Part shown: in pieces, positions 49,548 through 59,755 of the stretch
How positions within the stretch are numbered: position 1 is the first letter of the stretch
Layout: each line of letters begins with the position of its first letter
Source: an uncultured delta proteobacterium
Lineage (GTDB): Bacteria > Desulfobacterota > Desulfobacteria > Desulfobacterales > JAFDCJ01
Direction: 5' to 3'
DNA: 64,000 nucleotides
NCBI GenBank assembly: GCA_963769935.1
Contig: CAVYNY010000020.1
Coordinates: 160,001-224,000, forward strand
Notes under the pieces: generated by a model
The model's database searches: none
Told to the model about the DNA's origin: nothing
Seen by the model: the letters and a program-made list of their open reading frames with translations, nothing else
Made by a program: the position numbers and the translations under genes

Positions 49548-50231
49548 TTAAACTTTGACAATAAGGTATTTCAGCGGCACCAGAAACATATAGTAGGCGG
49601 CCAGGATGGTACCTCGAATGGTTCCGGTTACCTTGGATTGGCCGATGCGCCGGCGGTAATTGACCGGCACGCTTTGAATCCTCAACTTCTTGCGGGCGGC
49701 TTTAACCACCATTTCCACCGGCCATCCATATGTCATTTGCTGCATGCCCAGATCAAACAGCCGGTGCGCTTTGATCGCACGAAACGATCCGACATCGGTT
49801 ATATTTACGCCATATAGCCGCTGCAGTAAAAACACGATAAAGCGATTTCCCAGACGACCATGCAGCGGCATGGCGCCTTTCTCCAGCAATCCCTTGATGC
49901 GGCTGCCGATCACCAGATCCGCCCGGTTGTCTAATAGAGGGCCGACAACCGCCTCCAACTGGGCCGGATCATCGCTGCGGTCGCCGTCCAAAAATACAAT
50001 GACATCGGCATCCACGGCGGCCTTCGCGCCGGCCAGACATGCGAATCCGTAGCCGGGCCGGGGCTCAACAATAACCCGCGCGCCGGCTGAAGACGCCTGG
50101 GAGGCGGTATCATCGGTGGAGCCGTTGTCGACCACGATAATCTCATGCACCCGGTCGGCGGGTACGGCTCGGACAACTTCACCAATGGCCTGCCCCTCGT
50201 TGAGGGTCGGTATGACGACGGATATTTTCAT
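49548..50231 (-). CDS. GT2 glycosyltransferase (polyprenol-phosphate sugar synthase-like)
   Basis: VVIPTLNE, VDNGSTD, GYGFAC, FLDGD, LVIGSR, YGWPVEM, IGQSK. Confidence 0.9.
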   Translation of the reverse strand: MKISVVIPTLNEGQAIGEVVRAVPADRVHEIIVVDNGSTDDTASQASSAGARVIVEPRPGYGFACLAGAKAAVDADVIVFLDGDRSDDPAQLEAVVGPLLDNRADLVIGSRIKGLLEKGAMPLHGRLGNRFIVFLLQRLYGVNITDVGSFRAIKAHRLFDLGMQQMTYGWPVEMVVKAARKKLRIQSVPVNYRRRIGQSKVTGTIRGTILAAYYMFLVPLKYLIVKV

Positions 50232-50383
50232 TATGCCTCTGGTGCCTTTTATCTGACATCATGCTCGGATGAAACTATATGAATTCCGAAGATTTTTTTC
50301 GATCAAACTGGCCGCCTTTCAGGCCAGCGGCGGTGCTCGTGTGAAACTTCATTGAATTCGATGCCATTTTTACGAAGTGTCTC

Positions 50384-50492
50384 ACCGCTGAGAGCGCAGA
50401 GATTAATTAAACTTTTCTTTCTCGGCGTTCTCAGCGGGCTCTGCGGTGAACTATTATGTTTCTTTTTTGATCAGACCGGCCGTTGTTTTGGC
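50384..50492. repeat. Intergenic hairpin repeat, copy 2 (similar to 2626-2745)
   Basis: Sequence similarity seen directly. Confidence 0.75.
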
Positions 50493-50539
50493 CGACGGTC
50501 CGGCTGAGGCGGAACACCTGAAACCCAATCACAAACTGC

Positions 50540-51313
50540 CTATTGCAGCGGCCCTTGGGCATTCAGCGCCCAATTATAGTCCAGGTAGGCAATTTTGGGC
50601 CCATGCTGCAAAAATGCCAGCGTCTTTTCGTCAAGATAGGGCTTTATGAAATTCAGCACCGAACCCGACTTAGACTCGAAATCACCTTTGTACCAGTCAA
50701 ACAGTTTGGAAAGATAGAGGGTGTTATCCGCAGAGTCGGTGCGCGTGCCGCGGTTCGAGTTCAGGTACTTGCGGGTCTCTTCTTCCAGCTTGGCCTGCAC
50801 ATTTTCGGCGGTATAGGCAAAACGGGGCAGCGGCGGGCAGCTGGAAGATGCACAGACGATGGCGAAATGAATTCTGGGGTCTTTAAACTGCTTGCGTAAA
50901 ATATCGTTCTCGATATCGTCCTGGCTCAAATGTTTGCCGGCCACTATATGGTCCCGGGTGGTAAAAAATTTGGTCGAGGTCCAAATCCCCGGCACAAAGG
51001 TTTCGCGCACACTTTTTTTGGGCTTCCACTGGATTACCTTGTCGATGGTAACGGCATTGTAGGCATCGATCCAGAAAGCCAGCTGCCCGTCGCGGGACAT
51101 GGCCTCCGGATTGGCGGTTTCCAGGGATTTCATGTAGGCCCGGAACATGCTATCCCCGGCAATGCCGTTGTAGTCGACCAGCCCCTTGTCGTTGACATAA
51201 GTTTTCAAAACCTGATCGAATTTTGATTGATCGAAATCCGATGCCGTCGCCGGTCGGCAGAGGCCCATGACGATCAATATGGATGCAATAACGATGATTG
51301 TGTTGATTTTCAT
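50540..51313 (-). CDS. Exported DUF547 domain protein
   Basis: Signal peptide; GLVDY, AFWIDAYN, DPRIHFAIVCASSSCP, SKLFDWY, YNWALN. Confidence 0.9.
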   Translation of the reverse strand: MKINTIIVIASILIVMGLCRPATASDFDQSKFDQVLKTYVNDKGLVDYNGIAGDSMFRAYMKSLETANPEAMSRDGQLAFWIDAYNAVTIDKVIQWKPKKSVRETFVPGIWTSTKFFTTRDHIVAGKHLSQDDIENDILRKQFKDPRIHFAIVCASSSCPPLPRFAYTAENVQAKLEEETRKYLNSNRGTRTDSADNTLYLSKLFDWYKGDFESKSGSVLNFIKPYLDEKTLAFLQHGPKIAYLDYNWALNAQGPLQ

Positions 51314-52725
51314 AATTTTACCCCCGCGATGTCTTCTTTTTTGCGGCTGAAGTCCAGGCCGGCTGTTTGCCCGCTGTTGGCAGCCTTTTTTAATATATAA
51401 CCGCCGGCCAGAAGTGCAAACAGGGGCAGGTATTCGGCCAGCAGAATCCAGACCGGCATTTTCCCTTCGGGCGGCACATATTTTAAATAGGACAGGGTCA
51501 CGGTACAGGTAAACATCAGCCAGGCCGGGCTGGGAAAAAAGATCAGAAAGGGAATGATCAGGATGACATACCACGGATGCAGCGAAGCCGGCATCAGGAC
51601 CATCAGCAATCCCGTTAAAATATAGGCATACCACACTACCTCAGTGTCTTTTTTTTCTTTCAGGAAAACGACCAATCCGGCTGCTGACAGAACGATGATA
51701 AACAAAAAAGTCAGCGGGTAGTAGCCCAGCCCCGGGATCAGGTGCATCAGAAAATATTTTAAGCCTAAATTGAAGCTCTCATGGGAATCATTTAAATAAA
51801 CCGGCAAAAATCCCGCAATTTTGCCGCCTGCACCGGCAAACGGCAGATAGAGCACCAGGATGGCTGCCGCAAAGATAACCAGGCCTTTTATTCTGTCGCC
51901 GCGATTTAAGAGGGCCGCCAGCAGCAGGGCCGGATACACCTTGACCGCAGCCGCGAGGGTCAGCATGATGATTGCCGGTATTTTTTTTCGGATGGTATAT
52001 AAATAAAGGGCAGTCACCATCAAAAAAACGGTCAGCCCTTCGAGATGGCCGCTGTAGGCTATTTCCCATATGACCAGGGGATTCCAGGCATAGACGATGA
52101 TTTTCGCTAAGGCGAATCCCCGGGTCTGAAGCAACGCGGCCAGCACCAGCAGGGTCAGGATATCAAAAAACACCATGATAGCCTTGTGCCCGGTGACACT
52201 GTCTCCCGCCAGGATATAAAAAATCCGGAAAAAGACCTGGGCTCCGGCCGGATACACGGTAGGATAACCTTTGCGGTTGATGTTGGGGAAAATCCGATCT
52301 TCGCGCAGGTTTTTCAGTTCGGCGGCTCCCGGCGGGTAAAGGTAGGGGTTGATCCCGTTATGCTGCACCCGGCCGTCCCAGATATAGCGATACATGTCTT
52401 TGGATAGCACGACCGGGTCCGGCGCGATCAGACCGAGCCTGAACACAATCGCCAGCAGGATAATGATGCCCGCCAACCACCGGGGTGTTTGTGTGGGCGG
52501 CATCTTTAGAACCAGAAAGACGCAGATCAGATAAAGAACGCCTAAAAACAGAAATATGACGACATAAAGCTGAAGCTCCGCCAGCCCGGAAAATATGGAA
52601 ACGAGATCATCAATTTTAAAATTTATCCAATAAATTGAAGCCGATAGAATTCCCAAGCCAATGATAACGGCCGATACGACCCGGGAGTTAAGGCGGGTTG
52701 TATGTTTAGGATTGCGTCTTTCCAT
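51310..52725 (-). CDS. GT-C membrane glycosyltransferase (GT87-like)
   Basis: LSKDMYRYIWDG..NPY, TVYP, YAWNPL..E..SGHLE, HPWY. Confidence 0.88.
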   Translation of the reverse strand: MERRNPKHTTRLNSRVVSAVIIGLGILSASIYWINFKIDDLVSIFSGLAELQLYVVIFLFLGVLYLICVFLVLKMPPTQTPRWLAGIIILLAIVFRLGLIAPDPVVLSKDMYRYIWDGRVQHNGINPYLYPPGAAELKNLREDRIFPNINRKGYPTVYPAGAQVFFRIFYILAGDSVTGHKAIMVFFDILTLLVLAALLQTRGFALAKIIVYAWNPLVIWEIAYSGHLEGLTVFLMVTALYLYTIRKKIPAIIMLTLAAAVKVYPALLLAALLNRGDRIKGLVIFAAAILVLYLPFAGAGGKIAGFLPVYLNDSHESFNLGLKYFLMHLIPGLGYYPLTFLFIIVLSAAGLVVFLKEKKDTEVVWYAYILTGLLMVLMPASLHPWYVILIIPFLIFFPSPAWLMFTCTVTLSYLKYVPPEGKMPVWILLAEYLPLFALLAGGYILKKAANSGQTAGLDFSRKKEDIAGVKL

Positions 52726-54205
52726 ATCCGTGCTTTACCGAGAGAAAAAAGACGTAGAAAAAGCCCGAGGTGTAGATCAGCAGGAAGGGGCTGACAAGAT
52801 ATTTGCTGAAAAGAAGAAACATCAGAAGCCCGCCCAGCGAATAAAGCCCCAGTAAAAATTCGAGAATCGACACGGCGCTTAAAGGAATCGAATAGTTTTT
52901 GCCGCGCCAGCTGTCCTGCTGCTTATTAATACCGTATTTGGGAGTGCGCACAAAACCGCTTTTTATATTCAGCAGTGCTTCCAGGACCGCCTTGGTGTTA
53001 TTCACCGCAATGCCGGTTCCCAGGCACATGAGAAACGGCAGAAATTTGATACGGGTTTTCCAGTCGCGATAAAGAATTTTCTGAGAGAACAAATACATCG
53101 ACGATGGTCCGAATGTGGCCAGGCTGAGCATGGTAAATATCAAGACCGGGTAGGAAAGGTTGTCAAAAAACCATTGCGAGTAGAGCATCGGAATGGATGT
53201 CAGCACCACCAGGAGCATCATCGGATGGACCATGTAGTGGGTCAGGTGCAGAAACGCCTGGATTTTAACCAGCAGCGGTGCCTCGGACTTGAAAAGTTTG
53301 CCGAGATTTTTTTTGGCGGTCTGGATTGATCCCTTGGCCCAGCGATGCTGCTGGGATTTAAAGGCATTAATGGTCACCGGCACTTCCGCCGGACAGACCA
53401 CTTCGGTTACAAACTTTAGTTTCCAGCCTTTAAGCTGAGCCCGGTAGCTCAAATCGAGATCTTCGGTGAGGGTGTCGGCCTGCCATCCGCCGGCATCTTC
53501 GATGGTTTCTTTGCGCCAAATGCCGGCCGTACCGTTAAAATTCATAAACAAGCCGCTCCAGGCGCGTGCGGCCTGCTCCACCCCGAAGTGGCCGTCGATT
53601 CCAATCGACTGTGCTCGGGTCAGCAATGAATAATCGTGGTTGATATGCCCCCAGCGGGTTTGCAGCATGCCGACCTTGGGGTCGGTGAAATACGGGATGG
53701 TTTCTATTAAAAATTCCGGATTAGGAATAAAATCGGCGTCAAAGATTCCCACAAGTTCGCCTTTGGCAGTTTTGAGACCCTCTTTCAGGGCACCCGCCTT
53801 GAAACCGGTGCGATTGTCGCGGTGAATATATTGAACATCGAAGCCCCGGTCATTCATCTGCCTGGCCAAGGCCTGGACAATATCGACGGTGTCATCGGTG
53901 GAGTCGTCCAGAATCTGGATTTCAAGCAGTTCCTTGGGGTATTCAAAGCAGCAAACCGATTTGATCAATCGGTCAACCACATAGCGTTCATTGAAGATCG
54001 GCAGTTGGATGGTGACCCGCGGCCAATTTTTGACGGGAAAATCCCGGTAAAATCTTGTTTTTATCTCTGCATGCTGCTGAAGGTTTTTGGGGCGGTTCAG
54101 ACGATAAAACAGCATGAGCAAATAGCAGTTCATGCCGTAGGTAAGCAGCGCTGCCAGGGCAAACAAATATATTCCCAGCATTGCGTATTGAAATGAGTCC
54201 GTCAT
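52706..54205 (-). CDS. Cellulose-synthase-like processive GT2
   Basis: IQLPIFNE, LDDSTD, FKAGAL, FDADF, TEDLD, QQHRWAKG, FVRTPK. Confidence 0.92.
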   Translation of the reverse strand: MTDSFQYAMLGIYLFALAALLTYGMNCYLLMLFYRLNRPKNLQQHAEIKTRFYRDFPVKNWPRVTIQLPIFNERYVVDRLIKSVCCFEYPKELLEIQILDDSTDDTVDIVQALARQMNDRGFDVQYIHRDNRTGFKAGALKEGLKTAKGELVGIFDADFIPNPEFLIETIPYFTDPKVGMLQTRWGHINHDYSLLTRAQSIGIDGHFGVEQAARAWSGLFMNFNGTAGIWRKETIEDAGGWQADTLTEDLDLSYRAQLKGWKLKFVTEVVCPAEVPVTINAFKSQQHRWAKGSIQTAKKNLGKLFKSEAPLLVKIQAFLHLTHYMVHPMMLLVVLTSIPMLYSQWFFDNLSYPVLIFTMLSLATFGPSSMYLFSQKILYRDWKTRIKFLPFLMCLGTGIAVNNTKAVLEALLNIKSGFVRTPKYGINKQQDSWRGKNYSIPLSAVSILEFLLGLYSLGGLLMFLLFSKYLVSPFLLIYTSGFFYVFFLSVKHGYGKTQS

Positions 54206-54652
54206 AATTCAACCGGAAAGTTATACTCCGTTGATAGACGATACCTATTTGAATCTTATTTAAATAATAAATTATTTAAGGGATAGCCCCTCTGCCCATA
54301 ATACTGACACTATTTATATGAATAGCCTTTGAAAGACAAGTGAATTTGCACGGACCTGCCTTTTATATGTGATGTTTGGAATTGAATAAAACTCCCGTTC
54401 CGCCTGAAGCATTTCAAGACCATTTTCTGGCGGATCGGCAGCCCATCCTTATCAAAGGCAGGGATTCTGCCATCGGATGATGGTTTGATCCTTTGGGTTT
54501 GAATTAAAAAATCCCATTGTCTATAAAGAAAAAAACCGGTAGAAAGGTAAAGAATCCTGGGCCGGCTTCCGGCCGGCAAGCAGGGCCGGGCTTTGGTTTC
54601 AGCCCGGGCGGCGGCGTTTGCCCTCAGGCAACCGATGGAGAAAGGGAATGAT

Positions 54653-55381
54653 ATGGCCGGCGTAAAAGAACACTATGATAAATTGCTTGCCCCCTACTAT
54701 GCGTGGATATACGGCGGGTCAGAATTAAAATTTGAGGAAAACCGCAAATTTTTTCAATCCCACGGTATCCGTCCGGCTCAATCCGGAGCGGCAGTGGATT
54801 TGGGTGCCGGATCCGGCTTTCAGTCGATACCGTTGTCTCAAGCCGGGTTTAAGGTCCTTGCGATTGATGGATGCCATGATCTGCTGATGGAACTTAAATC
54901 ACATGCCGCAGGATTGGTCATTGTCACGGTTGAAGACGACCTGCTGAATTTTACCGAACACATCGCCGGAAAAGTTGAACTCATCGTTTGCATGGGCGAT
55001 ACGCTGACCCATCTGCAGACTCTGGCGGAAGTTCAGGCTCTGGTTGAAGAGGGGTGTCGGGCTTTGGAGGATAACGGCCGTTTGATTTTGGAATTCAGAG
55101 ACTTAGCTGCTGAATTGAAAAACCTGGACCGCTTCATTCCCGTGCGAAGTGATTCCAATAGAATTTTTACATGCTTTCTCGAATACGAAGAAAAACATGT
55201 AAAAGTTCATGACATTGTTCATGAAAAAACCGGAAACCAATGGGTGATGAAAAAAAGCTATTTCCGCAAGCTCCGCATCCCGCAGCAGTGGATGAGCGAA
55301 TGTTTGCGAAAAGTCGGATTTACGATTGAAAAGTTAGATATTCATAATGGCATGATAACGATCATTGCCCTTAGGTGCTGA
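54653..55381 (+). CDS. Class I SAM-dependent methyltransferase
   Basis: AVDLGAGSG, VCMGDTLTHL. Confidence 0.85.
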   Translation: MAGVKEHYDKLLAPYYAWIYGGSELKFEENRKFFQSHGIRPAQSGAAVDLGAGSGFQSIPLSQAGFKVLAIDGCHDLLMELKSHAAGLVIVTVEDDLLNFTEHIAGKVELIVCMGDTLTHLQTLAEVQALVEEGCRALEDNGRLILEFRDLAAELKNLDRFIPVRSDSNRIFTCFLEYEEKHVKVHDIVHEKTGNQWVMKKSYFRKLRIPQQWMSECLRKVGFTIEKLDIHNGMITIIALRC

Positions 55382-55388
55382 TGGCAAC

Positions 55389-55550
55389 TAAGGGCTCACT
55401 CAAAAATAACTTCACATTTTATACGCCGATGCATCTCTTTCGGCTGCGTTGCGAAAGCTCGGAATATCCAGATATTCCTGCGTTTTCGCGCCTTGCCGCA
55501 AGAGCGCCGGAACAACTAAAACTGTGAATCAATTTTTTCGTGAACCCTAA
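55389..55550. mobile_element. About 160-bp MITE, copy B (inverted relative to 43687-43848)
   Basis: TAAGGGCTCAC...GTGAACCCTAA. Confidence 0.8.
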
Positions 55551-55575
55551 CCATAGGAGATGCGGGAAAAATTTT

Positions 55576-55851
55576 TCAACTATCTTCGCGGTCGTTTTCA
55601 TCTGCCGGCCTTTTCCTACCGCCATATGAATAAGACAGTTTGATGTCTTTTAGAATTTCTCTGGCTATATTGGCCTGATCCTTTCTAACCATCAGCCTCA
55701 TCGGCAACGCATTGAATATATAGGGTGCAACATATTCACCCTGGATAAAATAGGTGATGCCTTCGGCATCCAATATGGATTTTAGAAAAACGCGGTCACC
55801 TGCATTGTAAGTTTCTAAAATCGGTACAAATTCTATGAATTCATTTTTCAT
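55576..55851 (-). CDS. DUF2007 (putative signal-transducing) small protein
   Basis: FLKSILDAEGITYFIQGE..RLMVRKDQANIAREIL. Confidence 0.8.
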   Translation of the reverse strand: MKNEFIEFVPILETYNAGDRVFLKSILDAEGITYFIQGEYVAPYIFNALPMRLMVRKDQANIAREILKDIKLSYSYGGRKRPADENDREDS

Positions 55852-56067
55852 GATTTCTCATAAATCTTACTTTTCGATTCATATCTCCGGGCGCGATAAC
55901 TCGGATTCGCTTATCTGTCAATACGAAGCAGATAGGAAATGACTTCGGAATGTTCCCAATTTCCCGACTGTATGTTTGGTAATTTGAGAGGTTGCCGGGA
56001 CCGGCTGCTGGCGAATTGGAAAAAGAGCCTTACCTTTTAGGAAGCTTTAGGATAAGACCACGCCAAC

Positions 56068-57105
56068 ATGCCGATCCCGAACCGGGCAGGGAGGAATCTA
56101 ATGGCCGCCAGCTATATTGCCACAATGACGCCGGATGCTCACCAGCTCAGCACACTCGCAGCTGCCGCCCGCATGTTTCAGACAGCCGACACTTTTTTGA
56201 ATTCGCTTTCGTCCGAACAGCGCCGGGTCGCCTGTTTTCCCTTTGAAGACGGCGAGCGCTATGGCTGGCATTACGTACCCCGCAGACGGAACGGGCTGGC
56301 CCTGAAGGACATGACCGCCGATCAGCAGGTGCTGGCCCGGGGGTTTTTAAAGACCGGGTTGAGCCAAAGCGGCTATTGGAAATCAGCCACCATCATGAAG
56401 CTGGAGACGGTCCTGCGTGAAATTGAAGCCTTTAACATGGGTCGTGACCCGGAAAAATACTTCTTTTCATTTTTCGGACGTCCGTCCGGGAACGGCACCT
56501 GGGGCTGGCGGGTGGAGGGGCATCATCTATCGCTCAACTTTACCATTGTCAAGGGACGTCTGCTGGCAACCGCCCCGCGCTTTTTCGGTGCCAATCCGGC
56601 CAAAGTCGCGGCAGGGGAATTGAGCGGTTTGCGGACCCTGGCCGCTGAAGAAGATTTGGCCCGGCAGCTGTTAATTTCTCTGGATTCGGAGCAGAGACAA
56701 AAAGCAGTTTTTCGCGAACAAGCCTATGGCGACATTGTGACCGGCAACGCGGCAGAGGTTTCGCCCCTCGAGCAGGTGGGCATTGCAGCAGCTGCCTTGG
56801 ACGAGGCGCAGATGGATTTTCTGATAAGGCTGATCGACGAGTATGTATCGGCCTTGACGCCTGAAATCGCACGGCAGCGCAGCGCAGCAGTCCGCAACAG
56901 CGGTTTGAATCAGATTCATTTCGGCTGGGCCGGCAGCCTCGAACCGGGCCGCCCCCACTACTACCGTATTCAAGGGACCGCCTTTCTGATCGAATACGAC
57001 AATGTCCAAAACAGCGCCAATCACATCCACACGGTGTGGCGCGATTTCGACGGCGATTTCGGCCAAGACCTTTTAAGGGAGCACTACCGGAGGGCGCATC
57101 GGTGA
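56068..57105 (+). CDS. DUF3500 domain protein
   Basis: WHYVP, WGWRVEGHHLSLN, FFGANP, HYYRIQG..IEYDN..NHIHTVWRD. Confidence 0.88.
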   Translation: MPIPNRAGRNLMAASYIATMTPDAHQLSTLAAAARMFQTADTFLNSLSSEQRRVACFPFEDGERYGWHYVPRRRNGLALKDMTADQQVLARGFLKTGLSQSGYWKSATIMKLETVLREIEAFNMGRDPEKYFFSFFGRPSGNGTWGWRVEGHHLSLNFTIVKGRLLATAPRFFGANPAKVAAGELSGLRTLAAEEDLARQLLISLDSEQRQKAVFREQAYGDIVTGNAAEVSPLEQVGIAAAALDEAQMDFLIRLIDEYVSALTPEIARQRSAAVRNSGLNQIHFGWAGSLEPGRPHYYRIQGTAFLIEYDNVQNSANHIHTVWRDFDGDFGQDLLREHYRRAHR

Positions 57106-57131
57106 AAAACCCGGGCTCCGTTTCCGGCGCG

Positions 57132-57203
57132 TTATTGTAAGAACATCCCCCCGGACGCCTCAATCCGTTGGCCGGTGATCCAATGTACCTCTTCCGAGGA
57201 AAG
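57132..57203 (-). pseudogene. C-terminal remnant of an SDR oxidoreductase
   Basis: LSSEEVHWITGQRIEASGGMFL. Confidence 0.6.
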
Positions 57204-57213
57204 GAGATTGATT

Positions 57214-58173
57214 GTGAGAAAAAGCCGGATCATAGTGGACGATAACTTACTTGTCTTCGGGTTGGCGGCATGCCATGCGTCAACCACCGCCCCGGTAAAG
57301 ACACGAACCGACAATTCTCCAAGGGTCATTGCCCACCGTGCGGGCGGCGGCCAGTGGCCGCAAAATTCCCGAACCGCCGTGCTCAACTGCATAGCAAAGG
57401 CTCAAGACCCCACCCTTCAAAATCGTTATGACGGCATGGAGATGGATATTGTTCTGACCAAGGACGGTATTCCGGTTTTATCCCATGACCCATGGGTTCA
57501 CACCGCCCTGTGCACCACGGCATCCGGCGAACCGATCCGCGACCGCGTCTTGATCCGTGAAAAAACCCTGGCCCAACTTCAATCCCAATACATTTGTGGA
57601 GGAGTTCGGGAGCCTGACTTTCCACAGGTCCATCCGAAAGCCGAGCCGATCATGACGTTGGATGAAGTTCTGCAGGCATTGAAAAAGGCGCCGAAAATGA
57701 TGCTGTATCTGGACGTCAAAATCGACGGTGACCTGACCGCAAGTGCCGAAGATTACGCCAAAGCAATATCCGCGCTCTGGGAGGCCGCTGGATTGTCAAA
57801 TCGTCTTTATGTTGAGGGGCCTTCGCCGGACAGCCTGGCGGCCTATCGCGCGGCGTTCACGACGAACTTTGTGCCCGTGTTGTCCTATCCGGCTTTCAGC
57901 GCAACGGAAAATTTCACCTGGACGGCGCTCAAGGCACGCTGGCTCACCAAACTAAAGCTGCGCAGCCCTCTGGCGGCGGCTCGCAAAGCGCAGGCCGGAG
58001 CAGTGGCCGCTCCAACGCAGGTGGTTACCCGGCACGCGGTCGGGGAAGCCCGGGACAACGGCGTTGAAGTGGTGTTGTTTACTCCAAACACCCGGGATGA
58101 TCTTGAAAGGTATTGCCAATGGCCCGTGGATGTCTTGATTACCGATTATCCGGACCTGGGGCACTGCCCATAA
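57214..58173 (+). CDS. Glycerophosphodiester phosphodiesterase (possible lipoprotein)
   Basis: IAHRAG..PQNS, EMDIVLTKDG..SHD, LDVK, ITDYP; LAAC lipobox; AAGGAG before GTG 57214. Confidence 0.82.
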   Translation: MRKSRIIVDDNLLVFGLAACHASTTAPVKTRTDNSPRVIAHRAGGGQWPQNSRTAVLNCIAKAQDPTLQNRYDGMEMDIVLTKDGIPVLSHDPWVHTALCTTASGEPIRDRVLIREKTLAQLQSQYICGGVREPDFPQVHPKAEPIMTLDEVLQALKKAPKMMLYLDVKIDGDLTASAEDYAKAISALWEAAGLSNRLYVEGPSPDSLAAYRAAFTTNFVPVLSYPAFSATENFTWTALKARWLTKLKLRSPLAAARKAQAGAVAAPTQVVTRHAVGEARDNGVEVVLFTPNTRDDLERYCQWPVDVLITDYPDLGHCP

Positions 58174-58197
58174 CTGCCGGATTCATAGCGAAATCTG

Positions 58198-58395
58198 CCT
58201 GATGCTTCACGATGATCTCTGCTTCGTCGGTAGTGAATCCTGTGCCTGAGAAAGCCGAGAGCGGTTGAAATCGCACCCCCTCCTCTGATAAACCCGTCAT
58301 CAAAAAAGGAAGGCAACAGAGCCCATCCGAATTACTAACATCGAAAGGGCTAATACGAGAATAAGTAACACGACAGAAACCATAGCGGCCACCAT
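58198..58395 (-). pseudogene. N-terminal fragment of a TrkA-C-associated membrane protein
   Basis: Hydrophobic start, then frameshifted MTGLSEE..ARFQ..SAFSGTGFTTDEAE. Confidence 0.55.
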
Positions 58396-58415
58396 CTTGA
58401 GGAGGATGCCTCAGC

Positions 58416-58520
58416 GAGGTTCGACTGAGCTAACCTGCCGGCCACCATACCTTCGCGCCTGCGCTGGTCTTTACGGAAAACCGCATACTTTTTCCGTTCA
58501 AGTGCAGCGGCAGGTTGGCT
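58416..58520 (-). mobile_element. attC site 1 (R' non-canonical)
   Basis: Minus strand AGCCAAC-ctgccg-CTGCAC...AGGTTAG-ctcagtc-GAACC; clearly homologous to attC 3. Confidence 0.75.
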
Positions 58521-58535
58521 GGTATCATGCTACTG

Positions 58536-58937
58536 CTACTTACCGAACGAATTCAATGACATTGCCACTGAGGAAAACTCGCGCAGCAGCTGCTTATCAA
58601 CAGTTACTAAAGGAACCTTCAGGTCCTTTGCCGTAACGATAAATTCACAATCATAAGCAGAGCATTTGCTTTTTGAGGTAAGCCTCAAAACTTCATATGA
58701 TGGAACCTCATACTCTCGATCCCTTAGTAATTTCAAAGCACTATTCATTATTTGCTGAGCTTGCTCCAACTTTATGATTTTTTTTCGCATATAAAAGGCA
58801 AGAACATTGCGAAATTCGCTACGCCATAAAATGGGTGCCGCCCACTCATTGTCCTTTTGCAGGGTTCGTTCGGCTAAAACGGATTGCTCGCTCGATAGGA
58901 AGAGATAGCCGATAACATTTGTATCAACCACAATCAT
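58536..58937 (-). CDS. vapC: PIN-domain VapC toxin
   Basis: MIVVDTNV, SEFRNVL, SAYDCEF, LVTVD. Confidence 0.9.
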   Translation of the reverse strand: MIVVDTNVIGYLFLSSEQSVLAERTLQKDNEWAAPILWRSEFRNVLAFYMRKKIIKLEQAQQIMNSALKLLRDREYEVPSYEVLRLTSKSKCSAYDCEFIVTAKDLKVPLVTVDKQLLREFSSVAMSLNSFGK

Positions 58938-59176
58938 AGCCGGCCTTCTGCTTTTGCCCGGTTGAATTCCTTATCACTGATCAGATGTCCGGCTGTCAAT
59001 TGACGGAGCTGACGAGCATTCTCAAGCACCTCCTCGAGATCGATCCGGCGGCTGACAACATTATTTTCAATGCACATGATAATCTCGCTATTGATGGAAC
59101 GCCGATTTATTTGTGCGACTGACTTAAGCCGCTCGTAAAGCTCATCAGGTATATTCTTGACTGTAACAGTTGCCAT
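58934..59176 (-). CDS. Arc/FitA-like ribbon-helix-helix antitoxin
   Basis: MATVTVKNIPDELYERLK..NRRSINSEII; ATGA overlap with vapC. Confidence 0.88.
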   Translation of the reverse strand: MATVTVKNIPDELYERLKSVAQINRRSINSEIIMCIENNVVSRRIDLEEVLENARQLRQLTAGHLISDKEFNRAKAEGRL

Positions 59177-59260
59177 ATTAGCGCCCCCAAATGATTTCAA
59201 TATGAAACCAATATGAAACCAAATGGAGTTGTTGTCAAGCCCAAAACAGACATTTATGTT

Positions 59261-59359
59261 TGCCAACCTCCACAAATAAGCTGCGTGTCAAAAGCGTTTC
59301 GAACTCGCACCGCCCTTACGGTAAGCCGCCTTCACCGCACTTGAACAGATTGGTTTTAT
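59261..59359 (-). mobile_element. attC site 2 (degenerate)
   Basis: ATAAAAC...GTTGGCA with partly paired arms; R' is complementary to R'' of attC 1. Confidence 0.6.
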
Positions 59360-59755
59360 TCCAACATTGAAAACCTGGTCCTGTGGGCCAGGTCAGAGGA
59401 GATTGGCTTGTGCCGTAAACAGATGCCGTGGAATGATGAAACAGCATTCACGCCGCGCAGCGGGAGGGATACCACCCCAAAGAGCGCATCACCTTGATCA
59501 TGGGTCCGACAGCTCAGCTGCCGTTCGTTTTAATTTTGAAGAGGTCCTTGATTCTGGTTGCCACAATGGATATTTTATTAGTTGTTGATGGAGCTTGTAT
59601 CTGACAGCAATCTATCATTTGCGGGCTTCGCAAAAGCGAATATTTGGCCGATTATTTTTAAATAACTTGTTCCAGCCAATGCGCGCAGTTCGCTTTTGTT
59701 TGTCTGAGTTGTCGCTGCGCGTCGTTGAGTTAAATACTGCCAGGAGGTGAATGAC

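Noticed and set aside
50231..50540. RiPP precursor peptide for the rSAM/SPASM enzymes
   Set aside because: The intergenic DNA is a repeat element; its short ORFs lack an RBS; no PqqD/RRE gene seen
54653..55381. Arsenite methyltransferase ArsM, or a C-terminal Cys-Sec
   Set aside because: ArsM Cys motifs not evident; the TGC-TGA end runs straight into a MITE with no convincing SECIS
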